A DNA stretch of 64,000 bases from Octopus sinensis. Taxonomy: Eukaryota. A program made the translations under genes and the position numbers. The notes beneath the pieces were generated by a model. It ran no database searches. It was not told where the DNA came from and saw only the letters and a program-made list of their open reading frames with translations. The DNA lies in assembly GCF_006345805.1 (NCBI RefSeq), contig NC_043019.1, positions 29,635,360-29,699,359 on the forward strand. The letters run 5' to 3'. This document shows positions 49,451-62,201 of the stretch, in pieces; the stretch's first letter is position 1; every line of letters begins with the position of its first letter.

Positions 49451-51710
49451 AGGGACCAGCTATCCGAGTTGATAGTTCTGTGGTAGCTAAGGCAATTAGA
49501 AGCATGAAGACAGGGAAAGCCCCAGGCCCATCAGGAATCACTGCAGAGATGCTCAAAATGTCTGGTAGTGTCGGCTATAGCCTAGTCACCCATATAGTTA
49601 ATCAGGTGATACACAAAGGGGTCATACCCAATGACTGGTGTAGCAGTATAATAGTCAACTGCTACAAAGGTAAAGGTGATGCCCTAGATACAAATAACTA
49701 CAGAGGTATCAAGCTGTTGGACCAGGTGATGAAGGTTACGGAGAGGGTCATAGCCCAACTAATTAGAGAGAGAGTTTAGTTTAGATGAGATGCAGTTTGG
49801 GTTTGTGCCAGGGAAAAGTACTACTGATGCTATATTCCTGGTAAGGCAGCTGCAGGAGAAATACCTAGCCAAAGATAAGCCCCTGTACCTGGCTTTTGTT
49901 GACATGGAGAAAGCCTTCGACAGGGTCCCCCGATCCCTTATCTGGTGGGCAATGAGAAAACTAGGGATAGATGAATGGTTAGTGAGAGCTGTGCGGGCCA
50001 TGTATAGGGACGCCGCTAGTAGGGTGAGGGTTGGAAATGAGTACAGTGAAGAATTCCGGGTAGAGGTAGGGGTCCACCAAGGCTCAGTACTCAGCCCCCT
50101 CCTATTTATCATAGTCCTCCAGGCAATAACGGAGGAATTCAAGACAGGATTCCCTTGAGAGCTCCTCTATACTGATGACCTTGCTCTAATTGCTGAGTCG
50201 CTATCAGAACTGGAGGAGAAGTTTCAGGTGTGGAAACAAGGATTAGAATCGAAGGGCCTCAGAGTCAATCTAGCTAAAACCAAAGTCGTAATCAGTAGGA
50301 AGGTAGACAAATCACAAACACCTTCAGGTAGATGGCCCTGCTCGATCTGTAGAAAAGGTGTAGGTAGAAACTCTATAAGATGCACCAAGTGTAAGCTATG
50401 GACACATAAGAGATGCAGCAATGTCAAAGGAAGGCTAACTAGGAAGATGGTTTTTGTATGTGGCAGATGCTCAGGAACAATAAACACTGAAAATGCTCTG
50501 AGACCAACTTCCGTCACTTTCCAGGGAGAAAAACTAGAAATAGTTGATAGTTTCCGTTACCTAGGTGACCAAGTCAGCAGCGGGGGCGGGTGTGCTGAAA
50601 GTGTAACTGCTAGAGTAAGAATAGCTTGGGCAAAGTTCAGAGAGCTCTTACCTCTGCTGGTGACAAAAGGCCTCTCGCACAGAGTGAAAGGCAGACTGTA
50701 TGATGCGTGTGTACGAACAGCCATGCTACATGGCAGTGAAACATGGGCCGTGACTGCTGAGGATATGCGTAAGCTCGCTAGAAATGAAGCCAGTATGCTC
50801 CGATGGATGTGTAATGCCGGTACTCACACTCGGCAGAGTGTAAGTACCTTGAGAGAAAAGCTGGACCTAAGAAGCATCAGTTGTGGTGTGCAAGAGAGAC
50901 GTTTGCGCTGGTATGGTCATGTGGCGAGAATGGATGAAGATAGTTGTGTGAAAAAGTGCCACACCCTAGCGGTTGAGGGAACCTGTGGAAGAGGCAGACC
51001 CAGGAAAACCTGGGACGAGGTGGTGAAGCACGACCTTCGAACTTTAGGTCTCACTGAGGAAATGACTAGAGACCGAGACCTCTGGAAGTGTGCTGTGCGC
51101 GAGAAGACCCGGCAGGACAAGTGAGTCCACAACCCGTGGCCTTCTACATGGGATGGAGCCAGCCTACGTATGCATACCTTCCCTTCTTGGGACACAAAAC
51201 TCTACTTGTGAAGACGTGTTGAGGCAAGTGAGGATCAGAATCGAAATCGATCAATGGAAATTGCGGATGTGCTACCAGTGCCGGTGGCATGTCGAAACTC
51301 TGCTTGTGAAGACCCATTGAGGCAAGTGAGGATCAGAATCGAAATCGATCAATGGAAATTGCAGATGTGTTACCAGTGCCGGTGGCATGTAAGAGAACTT
51401 TCCGTTTCGCGACCGTTGCCAGCACCGCCCCGTTTCGTGTCCGTTGCCAGCCTCGCCTGGCCCTCGTGCCGGTGGCACATAAAAAGCACCATCCGTTCGT
51501 GGCCGTTTGCCAGCTCTGTCTGGCACCAGTGCGGGTGGCACGTAAAAAGCACCCACTACACTCACGGAGTGGTTGGCGTTAGGAAGGGCATCCAGCCGTA
51601 GAAACACTGCCAGATTTGACTGGGCCTGATGAAGCCTTCTGGCTTCACAGACCCCAGCAGAACCGTCCAACCCATGCTAGCATGGAAAACGGACGCTAAA
51701 TGATGATGAT
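49451..51710 (+). mobile_element. 5'-truncated RTE-clade LINE (reverse transcriptase, PHD finger, C-terminal domain, 3' UTR), inactivated
   Basis: RT motifs KAPGPSGI, NYRGIKLL, QFGFVPG, FVDMEKAFDRV, GVHQGSVLSP and LLYTDD are present. Lesions: +1 frameshift near 49775, TGA at 50156-50158, and YADD changed to YTDD. C-terminus has RRLRWYGHV and GRGRPRKTW with a stop at 51124. The 3' UTR has a ~98-bp tandem duplication and ends in a (TGA)n tail. Confidence 0.95.
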
Positions 51711-52769
51711 CTTTATGACATTGATTCCTGAATCAATATCAACTATGAATTGAAACTGGTTTGTGATTTCTAGTTACCAAAGCCTATAGCTTTTGTTTCA
51801 GATAAATAAGTCAATGCCAGTTTTGTGTGTGGTCTACCTGGTCATTTACACTTTATCATGCAGTCAAATCCTGACCTTAACCCTAATTCTAATCCAGATC
51901 AGGTCACTTCACAGTGTAGACTACAGATATACTAAAGTAGCACCAATAATTCCTTACAGGTGTAGTACAGTCTACGATTTTAATGTTGTTAAGCCCCAGG
52001 TTAACCTTGATTAAGATGACTTGTATTCAAAGGCATTTCATCTGTGACCATCCGATATCCTTTGCAGATTCAGTGTATATAGAACCATCTATATTAGCTA
52101 TTGCATCGATCCTCTGCCAAAAATGGCAGAACAAAAATTTTAAGACTTGGTTACTACTTTTATAACAGGTCAAGCAACCACATAGAGCTTTCTCATTGGA
52201 TCATTGATTTTAGCACTTTTCCTACTTTTAGCTTCATATTGATAAACTTTGTTTCCTAAGATGCTTTAATGATAAGTAGGGAAGAGTAGGTGATAACTGC
52301 AGAGATTGAAGGGCAGTGAATGGTGGATAAGGGACAGAGGTGACCAATGGTGCATGGGTGTAACAGAATAGCAGTGATGATACAATAGACATGTAAAGAA
52401 TGAGAGAGAGACAGAGATGATGATGATGATGAGTGGTTGGAAGGTTGTGAGGGTATGGGTAGAGAGAGAGAGTGGCAGGCATAGTACATGGGAAGAGTGA
52501 GAGATGTATGGGGAAGTTGAGATAATTGGTGACTCAGAGTAGAAGGATCAATGTAAAATGTGAGTTGGGGAGGACAGTATTAAGGATGAGATGTGAATAT
52601 CTGGGCAATGGAAAAAACAAGCGGTATCAACGAAAAACTGTAGCTAAAAAGATGGAGGGTGTGTTTTGTGGGAAGGAAATTGGGGAAAAGGTCCAGTTGT
52701 ACACACACACACACACACACAGAGTGCTTCCAGAATTTTACTGAGTTGGGTGAGCCTTCATAAAATCTC

Positions 52770-53400
52770 ATTTTGCTAGTCATCTGAGTCCTTTGTCATT
52801 TCCTCTGAGAAGTTTGAGATCAGCCTTCACTTTATCTCATACTTTCTTCTCCCTCTCCTGCAAGCTCCATCATCATCGTTTAGCGTCTGCTTCCCATGCT
52901 AGCATGGGTTAGATGGTTCAACTGGGGTCTGGGAAGCCAGAAGGCTGCACCAGGCCCAGTCTGATCTGGCAATGTTTCTACGGCTGGATGCCCTTCCTAA
53001 TGCCAACCACTCCGTGAGTGTAGTGGGTGGTTTTTACATGCCACCGGCACAGGTGCCGGACGAGGCTGGCAAACGGCCACAATCGGATGGTGCTTTTTAC
53101 GTACCACCGGCACGGAGGCCAGTCGGGGCGGCGCTGGCAATGGCCACGTTCGGATTGTTCTCTTACATGCCACCGGCACTGGTATCACAGCTACAATTTC
53201 CATTGATGCTGATCGATTTCGATTTTGATTGTGATCAACACTTCTTCATACAACTGTCCTCATTCATATACATCACATGTCCATACCAACGCAGTCTTCT
53301 TCTTGCGCACTACATCTAATTCCTCTTGTGCCTAATTTTTTCTCAGCTCATTCGTACTGTGTTTATGCACACTTATATTGCACATCAAACAACATGCTCA
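52770..53400 (-). mobile_element. Older RTE C-terminal fragment split by a younger RTE-tail insertion (~52868-53235)
   Basis: Minus strand gives LRKK-LGTRGIRCSAQE-RLRWYGHVMYMNEDSCMKKC, then the insert, then DKVKADLKLL, collinear with 50820-51100. Confidence 0.75.
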
Positions 53401-53659
53401 CTTAATTTCTTTCCAGTCTCCAAGAACTATGGCTCATTACCATACATCATCATAATGGTGTTGATTAATATTGATAGCTGTGATTTAATGAAGTAGATAA
53501 CTGATCAGCTTTATTGATACACTAAACACCACTAATACATACGGTGGCTAATGTATTTCACATGGAGATAGATGAATGTGGGGAGATCAATCAATGAAAC
53601 TGTTATATGGCCTCATATCTTGGCTTATAAACCCACTTTTATACATTATACAAACACGA

Positions 53660-53875
53660 GGCAGCAAGCTGGCACAATCGTTAGCATGCCGGCTGAAATG
53701 CTTGGTGGTATTTCATCTGCTGCTACGTTCTGAGTTCAAATTCCGCTGAGGTTGACTTTGCCTTTCATCTTTTCTGGGTTGATAAATGAAGTACCAATTG
53801 AGTACTGGGGTCAGTGTAATCAACTTGCCTCTTCCCCCAAAATTTCAGGCCTTGTGTCCATAATAGAAGGGAATA
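53660..53875 (+). mobile_element. SINE family B
   Basis: Homologous to 38874-39100. Other copies at about 3420-3600, 31000-31200, 37030-37220, 38150-38350, 47220-47340, 58240-58660 and 60975-61230. Confidence 0.8.
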
Positions 53876-54185
53876 TACAAACACACTTGAGATTGCTCCT
53901 GATTGTATAATATAAAAAAAAAAAAAAACAATCCATGTTTTGAAGTTTTCATGTCAAGGCACTAGCATAGCTATGTTGTTAAGAAGTTTACTTCCCAACC
54001 TCATGGTGTCAGGTTCAGTCCCATTATATGGCACCTTGGGCAAATGTCTTCTACTTTAGCTTCAGGCTTACCAAAGCTATGTGAGTGGATTTGATAAATG
54101 GTAACTGAAAGAAACCTTTTATATATATATATATCATCATCATCATCATCATATATCCGTTCTCCATGCTAGCATGGGTTGGACA

Positions 54186-54242
<57 letters not shown>

Positions 54243-54376
54243 ATATATATATATTAAATTAGAGATAAAACCACTATTATCTCTAATTTAATATAATATA
54301 TATTTATACTATAAAATTGGATTTAATCCTAAATCTAATTTTTCCCTGTAAGTTTGGATTTACTCCCTAATATTAT

Positions 54377-54428
<52 letters not shown>

Positions 54429-57400
54429 ATCTGTAAAAAGCACCATTCATGGGCCTTATGGAGGCAGTGACATCAAGCCAAGTGAGATGATAGTTGTGGA
54501 TGATGCCAATGTCACATAACTGGCCCATTAAAAGCACTCTTCAGTCATTGGGTGATATGCTGTGCTTGTGAAGACCTGTTGAACCAAGTGAAATCATAGT
54601 TGTGGCCAATGCCATCTGACTGGCATGTAAAAAGCACCATTCAAGCATTGGGCCTCATAGAGGCAGTGATAGGTGACCAAGACTCTTTGTAATATACTGT
54701 GCTTGTGTTGACCTGTCAAACCAAGTGAGACAGTAGTCACGGCCAGTGTCCAGTCAATGGCACCCATGCCGGTGACACATAAAAAGCACCCACTACACTC
54801 GGAGTGGTTAGCATTAGGATGGGCTTCCAGCTGTAGAAAGAAACCTTGCCAAATCAGATTGGAACTTGGTGCAAGGCCTAAACAGTTTTCTGTCAAACCA
54901 TCCAACCCATGCCAGCATGGAAAGCGGATGTTAAACAATGCTGATGGTGATGATAATCTGTGTGTATCTTTGTGATCTGTCCCCAGTTGCTTGACAACTG
55001 GTGTTTGTCTCTTTACATCTGCATTTAGCAGTTCAGCAAAAAAGACTGCCTAAATAAGCACCTGGCTTAGTTGATTTGGTTAACTAAAACCCTTCAAGGT
55101 GGAGCCCCAGCCTACATGTGTGTGTGTGTCTCCTTGTTTTGATGTTACATGATAGTTGTAAACAAGCATCACCATCATAAATGCAGTGTTGTTCATTTCT
55201 AGTCTTTTGTGAAAAGTGCCACTGGCCATAAGGAAATACTACCTGGAAATAGATGAGGGTTGCAGGCAGGAATGGCGTACAGCCATAGGAGATCTGCGTC
55301 ATCAGAATTCTGACCCATGCAGGCATGGAAAAATAGACATTAAATGATGATGAGGAGGATAATGATGCTATGTTTAGCTTTAAGCTTTCCATGATAATTT
55401 TTATATAAGCATCTTTTGTTCAGTTATTTTTTTAAAAAACCAGCTTAATTAATAATGGAGAATTAGTTATTTTTCTTAATACCTTTAAATTATTGATTAT
55501 TGAAAAGTTAATTGAAATATATGAACTATGTATTTCATTAGAGGCACGAAATGCTTAGTGTAGAGTTTAATGGGTAACAGATATGTAGTAGTGTGAGGGG
55601 TTTAGCTGTACATTGTTCACAGGCAGAGTGTGTTTAGTTCTTGTTTAAACCCAGGTGTATATGATTCAATAGAGCTCTGATGATAAAAGGCATTCTAGCT
55701 ATTGTGATCATCATTATCATCAACATTTGACATCTGCTTTCCATACTGGTATAGATTGGACAGCTTGACAGGAACTGGCAGGGCCCAGGTGCCACACCAA
55801 GTTCTATAGTCTGTTTTGGCTTGGTTTCTATACTTGATGCCCTTCCTAATGCCAACCACTTTACAGAGTGTACTGAATGCTTTTTACATGGCACCTTGGT
55901 TTTAGGATCTCAATTCTGTTGTGGTTAGCAGATCTTCTCAAGTACAGCAAAGCACCACATATCTGGATCCTCTGTCATCTTCAAAAGGCTCAGCGTTTTG
56001 AAATGGTCCTATGTTTTCCTAGGTCTCCCTCTTCCATAACTTGCCTCCACTTTAATTATCACTAAAAGAATTTTTTTTTCAAGTGATAATGATTCTGTGA
56101 TACAAGCTTCTTGCTTTAAAGTAATCTAAATTAAAACCTTCCATCAAACATTTTATGTTTTTCTATGTTCCAAACACCAAACAAAGCAGTGTGTTTCAAC
56201 AGAAATCATCATCATCGTTTAACGTCCGTTTTCCATGCTAGCATGGGTTGGACGATTCAACCGGGGTCTGGGAAGCCAGGAGGCTGCACCAGGCTCCAGT
56301 CTGATCTGGCAGTGTTTCTACAGCTTTATGCCCTTCCTAACACCAACCACTCCGTGAGTGTAGTGGGTGCTTTTTACGTGCCACTGGCACAGGAATCACA
56401 GCTACAATTTCCATTGATTTTGATGTTGATGTACTTGACTCAATAGGTCTCCTCATGCACAGGGTCGAAACGGTGTTTCTTTACTTGCCACCTGCACAGG
56501 AGTCAGTCCAGCGGCACTGGCAACAGCCAGGTGCCAGTCATAGGATTTGGTTCAATTTCGATTTCACTTGCCTCAACGGGTCTTTGCAAGCAGAGTTTAG
56601 TGTCCAATGAAGGAAAGGTACGCATATATTTAAAAAAGGGTTCATTTTTCTTCAATGCTGGTTTTTGTTGTTTTTTTGTTTGTTTTTCTTTTTGTCTTGG
56701 ACTGTGCAAGTACAGAGTTTAAATTTTATGTGCATTTAATTAATAGTTTGGAGCAAAGGCTTTTGGGTTTTTTTCTTATTACTGCTACCAATACTTTGAC
56801 AAACAGTTCTTGTTGCCACTTCTATGGCAGTGATGTGTGAATTCTGCAATGTCAAAAACAAAAGTTTAGACCGTTTCAAAATTTGAAGAAAAATAAATAA
56901 ACAGGCCTTTCTCTGCTCCTTTAATGGAGTAGACATCCAATAGTTCCAAAGTCCCTTGGTAATAAAGGAACCAAAGAAAAACAGAATTTTAAGTAATATA
57001 ACCTTCAAGAAAATGCTTTCTTTGCAGAACTCTATGAAAATATGCACATTCATAATAAACAATTTCTAAGTTGGCAAACTGTATACATATTTAAGTGTAT
57101 CTATATTGAAGGTTTTCTAAACTGTGGTATTCATCTTGAGCAAATATCTCTTATAGATGTATAGTGTTAAAAACGGAAAGATATCAGCTGCAGGTGAAGG
57201 TTGCCCTGCGTTGGTGGTAAAATTACTGGGTCTAGATTTCTGTTTATTAGCTTCATCAGTAGCAAATATCTATGCCACCTCATGCCAAGCAAACATCATC
57301 TGCTAGATGATGTAGTTAAACAATAACTGAAAGGTCACTGATGTCGTATGTTAGCAGCAGGCTGAACAGAAATTCATTATTAACAATGGAAACAGTATTA

Positions 57401-59784
57401 ATTCAAAATTTGCAATCTGTAGACATACTTAAAGTGTATCTAAGTTGAAAGCCTTCTAAGCAAGTATTCATCTTGCACAAAGGCAACATCTCTTGAATTG
57501 CATACAAATATTAATTTGCTAGTAGAGATACTTGGGACTAAAATAGCATAGTTTTTTATTGTTTTGCCTGTTTCAGTCATGTGACTGGCCATGCTGGAGC
57601 ACCACCTTTAGTCAAAGAAATAATATATATATCATCATCATCATCATTTAACGTCTGCTTTCCATGCTAGCATGGGTTGGACGATTTTGACTGAGGGCTA
57701 GCGAACCAGATGGCTGCACCAAGCTCCAATCTTGATTTGGCAGAGTTTCTACAGCTTAATGCCCTTCCTAACGCCAACCACTCCGAGAGTGTAGTGGATG
57801 CTTTTTACGGGGGCCAGTCAGTCGGTACTGGCAATGACCTCGCTCGAATCTTTTTATACATGCCACCAGCACAGGTGCCAGTAAGGCGATGTTAGTAACA
57901 ATCACGCTCAAATGGTGCCTTTTACGTGCCACCTGCATGGAAGCCAGTTGGCTGATCTGTCGACGATCACGCTCGTATGGTGCTCTTTTCATCCCACTAG
58001 TACGGATGCCAGTCATCGAATGTGATTTTGATTTCACTTGCCTCAACAGGTCTTCGCAAGCAGAGTTTTGTGTCCAAGGAAGGAAAAGGTACACATAAGT
58101 GGGCTGGTTACGCTCCTGGCATGGGCCACAGGTTATGGTCTCATTTGGCTTGCCGGGTCTTCGCAAGCACAGCATATTTCCAAAAGTCTCATAATCAATC
58201 AAGACCTCCCCACAAAAATTTCAGGCCACATACCTGTAGAAGAAAGAATTATAGATAAGGTGAAGTAGTAGAATCTTTAGCAAGTTGAACAAAAAGCTTA
58301 GCTATGTTTCTTCCAACTCTTTACATTCAAGGTCCAAATTTCACCAAGGTTGACATTACTTTTCATCCTTTCAGAGTCGATAAATTAAGTACCGGATGAG
58401 CTCTGAGATTGATGTAATCAACTAGCCCTTTCCCACAAAAATATTTTAGACCTTGTGCCGTGACTAAAAAGAATTATTATTGATAAGGTTGTAGATTGGT
58501 AGGATTGTTGGAGCATCTGGAAAAATGCCTCAAAGCATTTGTTCCAGCACTTTACATTCTGAGTTCAAATCCTGCCATGGCCAACTTTATTTATCATCCC
58601 TTTGGAAATGGTTAAAGCGTATCGCCAATCAAGTACTAGGGAGGTTCATATACTCAACTGTTCACCTCCACTAATTTTATTATTATTATTATGAATGGTA
58701 AGAGAAGTTGAGTTTCCAACTCAAAATTAAATTCATTTTTATTTCATAAGAGCAATATAAATAATATATTGTCTCAATAATTTAATTCTACTTCAAAAGT
58801 TTAAGTAATTTGCTTGAAAGCTAGCTACTACCATCATTGTATGTTTTTATTATTATTATTATTATTGCATTTATTTTTTAGTTTATTTCTTTAATAACTT
58901 TAATGAAACAAGTGTGTATATAGATATAGAGACACACGTGTGTGTGTGTGTGTATCATCTTGTCATCTTCTCAGACAATACATTTTGTTTCTTTTTGAAA
59001 CTTTAATATATATTTTGTCGTTAGCTTCTTAAGATACTTTATTGAAGAATTACAACAGAAAATTGAACAAAATGTTTGCACTTTCTCTGTTTCTCTGTAG
59101 TGAAGTGAGAAAGAAATAAAACATGAAAAATGAATATTTTAGTGAATGAATTTATTGTTTCTACCTTTTAAAACTTTATATTTAGCTTATATAGAAAACA
59201 GCGTATTTTATACCATATTGAATATCAGTTTACATAGATAGCATTTAGAAATTGTATGTTTTACCTTATGTAGTAAATATATATATATATATATATATCA
59301 CATTAAGAATATATTTACATAGATGGCTTTCAAAACTTTATATTTATCTTATATATAGAAAACATATTTTTTTTTTTTATACCATTGGCATCATGGCCAT
59401 TTTACCTCTGATTTCCATATTGTCATGTATTGGACAAGTCATGTCTGCTCTTTTAGATGGGCTGGGAGGATCTTGCTCTTAAGTTTTATTTGTTGTTTGT
59501 AAAGAGTGCCCCTGCCAGTACCATGCAACAAGAGCACCTGTGTTGATGCCACATATAAAGCACCTATGCCAATGCAAAATAAAGCACCTGTGGTGGTGTC
59601 ACGTAAAAAGCTCCCATGCTGGTTGGTACTACATATAAAGCACCCCGTGCCAGTTCCTCATAAAAGGCTCTCAGTACTCTCTGTTAAGTGGGTGACTTTA
59701 GGAAGGGCATCCAGTGACAGAAACCATGCCAAAACAGACAATTGGACCCTTGGCAGCTCTCTGGCTTGCCAGTTCTAGCCATAC

Positions 59785-60003
59785 CTATTTCTTTACTACC
59801 CACAAGGGGTTAAATACAGAGAGGACAGACAAACAGATGAAGTCGATTATATCAACCCCAGTGCGTAACTGGTACTTATTTAATCGACCCTGAAAGGATG
59901 AAAGGCAAAGTCGACCTCGGCGGAATTTGAACTCAGAACATAGTGGCAGACGAAATACCGCAAGACATTTCGCCCGGCGTGCTAATGTTTCTGCCAGCTC
60001 GCC
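59785..60003 (-). mobile_element. SINE family B, young, nested in an RTE-tail copy (59500-60035)
   Basis: Reverse copy nearly identical to 38874-39100; the RTE tail resumes at ATCCAACCCATGCCAGC. Confidence 0.85.
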
Positions 60004-60363
60004 ATCCAACCCATGCCAGCATGGAAAACAGATATTAGATGATGGTGGTGGCAGCGGCGGTATTTTTTAACATCATCCACTTTATTGTGTTTGGTGTATC
60101 AGGTACATTTTTTCTAGTGGGGTTGTTAACATCTTTGACAAGACAAAAGGGTCTTCACAATCCCACACAAAATAGAGTGTGTTGGATGATGTATTTATTT
60201 TACCATGGCATCAGCACTTGAGAGGATATTAGTGATGGGGATGGGTAGCAAGAGGTGGGTGGATAAATGGTGAGAGTGTATGATGGTTGTTAGTGCAAAA
60301 TGACCAGTGGAGAGCATAATTAGAATGTATGAGGTTCATATATTAACATAGGTACAATATATT

Positions 60364-60562
60364 GATTTCAAATTTTAGCACAAGGCCAGCATTTCAGAAG
60401 AGGGGTAAGTCGGTTACATTGACCCCAGTTGTCGTCTGGTATTTATTTTATCAACCCCGAAAGTCAACTTTAGTGGAATTTGAACTCAAAACATAAAGAC
60501 AGATGAAATGCCACTAAGCATTATGCTTGACATGCTAATGTTTCTGCCAGCACGCCACCTTC
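60364..60562 (-). mobile_element. SINE family B flanked by a 35-bp direct repeat
   Basis: Reverse copy. ATGAGG(T/G)-containing 35-mer ending ...CATATATTAACATAGGTACAATATATT at 60329-60363 and 60563-60597 (one mismatch). Confidence 0.8.
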
Positions 60563-61234
60563 ATGAGGTGCATATATTAACATAGGTACAATATATTAAA
60601 CATGGATGGCCTTTAAAACTTTGCCCCTCTCCTTGGGCCTTCAAAGACTATACAGCTTCATCCTTTCTTCCTGACAGCTTGCTCTAGGATTCTACCCCCA
60701 CCCCCATCCCCACCCTTGCCTATATTTTTTGCGTACATTAATTTACTGATGTTCAAGGTGATCAGACCACATCTATTTTTCCAGCATGGGAGGACCTGCA
60801 GTCCCTCTTTTCTCCCCCTCCACCAACTAACCTATAAAAACACAAGAAAGGAAAACTAGACCTGGTGATTTTAAATTCAAGTTCTACTGAATATATTATT
60901 GTTTAGCCCTCCCTACTAAGTCAAACCTGATTGAGGAAACCAATGATGAAAACAATTTAATTGGCTGAGTGATTAGAGCACACGGGAAAATAGTTTGTAG
61001 TATTTGTTTCATCTCTTTGAACTCTGAGTTCAAGTAACTCCTGAGTCAATGTTGCTTTTCATCTTTTGTTGGGTGGAGGTCAATTTTAAAAAATGTACTG
61101 CTCCATGGTAGTGCACTAGCAGAACCATTATTTGTAGTGTTTGTTTCATCCGTCTGCACTCTGAGTTCAAATACCTCCTGGGTCAATATTGCCTTTCATC
61201 TTTTGTGGGGTGGGATCAATTAAAAAAATTACGC

Positions 61235-61497
61235 CTGGCCCCCGTGCCGGTGGCACGTAAAAAGCACCATCTGACTGTGGCCGTTTGCCAGCCCCGTCTG
61301 GCAGCTGTGCCGGTGGCACGTATAAAAAGCACCCACTATACTCACGGAGTGGTTGGCATTAGGAAGGGCATCCAGCCGTAGAAACATTGGCAGATCAGAC
61401 TGGGCCTGGTGCAGCCTTCTAGCTTCCCAGACCCCAGTTGAACCGTCCAACCCATGCTAGCATGGAAAGCGGACGCTAAATGATGATGATGATGACT
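61235..61497 (+). mobile_element. Short RTE 3'-tail copy (5'-truncated LINE or LINE-tail SINE)
   Basis: Matches 51450-51710 including the (TGA)n tail. Other copies at about 6770-7110, 13860-14590, 54440-54950 and 59500-60035 (+), and 52868-53235, 55690-55870, 56205-56620 and 57630-58170 (-). Confidence 0.9.
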
Positions 61498-61982
61498 GCT
61501 CCTTGGTAGGGGACAGGCAGAACCATTAGAGCATCAGGCAAGATACCTTGCTGTATTTGTTCCAACACTTGTGATTCTAAGTACTTGGATGGCAGCCCGG
61601 GAGACTTAATATCAGAGAGGTCAGAGTCCTAAGTATGCCATTAGCCCTTTTGTCACCATATTCTTATTCAAACACACTGCTTTTGTTTTAGTAAGTTTTA
61701 AAGAATTTGGTAAAATAACTTTGTCGTTATTAAGCTGATATTTGGAACATAAATTAACATGAGATTTCGCTGGAAGGTTTTAATTTAGATCACTTTAAAA
61801 ACAAGAAGTTTATATCATCGGCTTGGGAATGGCCTCGGGCAGGTTAATATCAAAATGGTTAGAACTGCTACCTGTTTTTGAATGAAAATAGTTTACTGAT
61901 GATGGTGTTATATTGGAAGACCATGTAAGAAACTTGGTTTATGTATGTTACAAGTTTGGGTGTAACACATAAACCACATTAA

Positions 61983-62201
61983 CCCTTTAGTATTTAAACC
62001 GGCCATATCCGGCCAAAATAGCTAATCTGTTTTATGTTCAAACTGACCAGATCCAGGCCCTCACACCTACCCTACAATGTTATTCTACATTAAGTAATTA
62101 CACCACCAAGATCTTGAAGATATGAGATAATGCATGATTAATTCAAATCAATGTGAATCAATAAGCATTATGTTTGATAGAATAATCTGAACACTAAAGG
62201 G
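61983..62201. mobile_element. piggyBac-type MITE, family 1 (best copy)
   Basis: TTAA|CCCTTTAG ... CTAAAGGG|TTAA, 219 bp. Further copies at about 800-1005, 5675-5885, 6090-6280, 8255-8500, 11195-11440, 17040-17217, 19945-20180 and 25465-25675, and one split copy at 38790-39545. Confidence 0.85.

Noticed and set aside
59100-59150. Strong plus-strand acceptor as a possible LEO1 exon 2
   Set aside because: All three frames hit a stop within 7 codons and it lacks the expected Asp/Ser-rich content.
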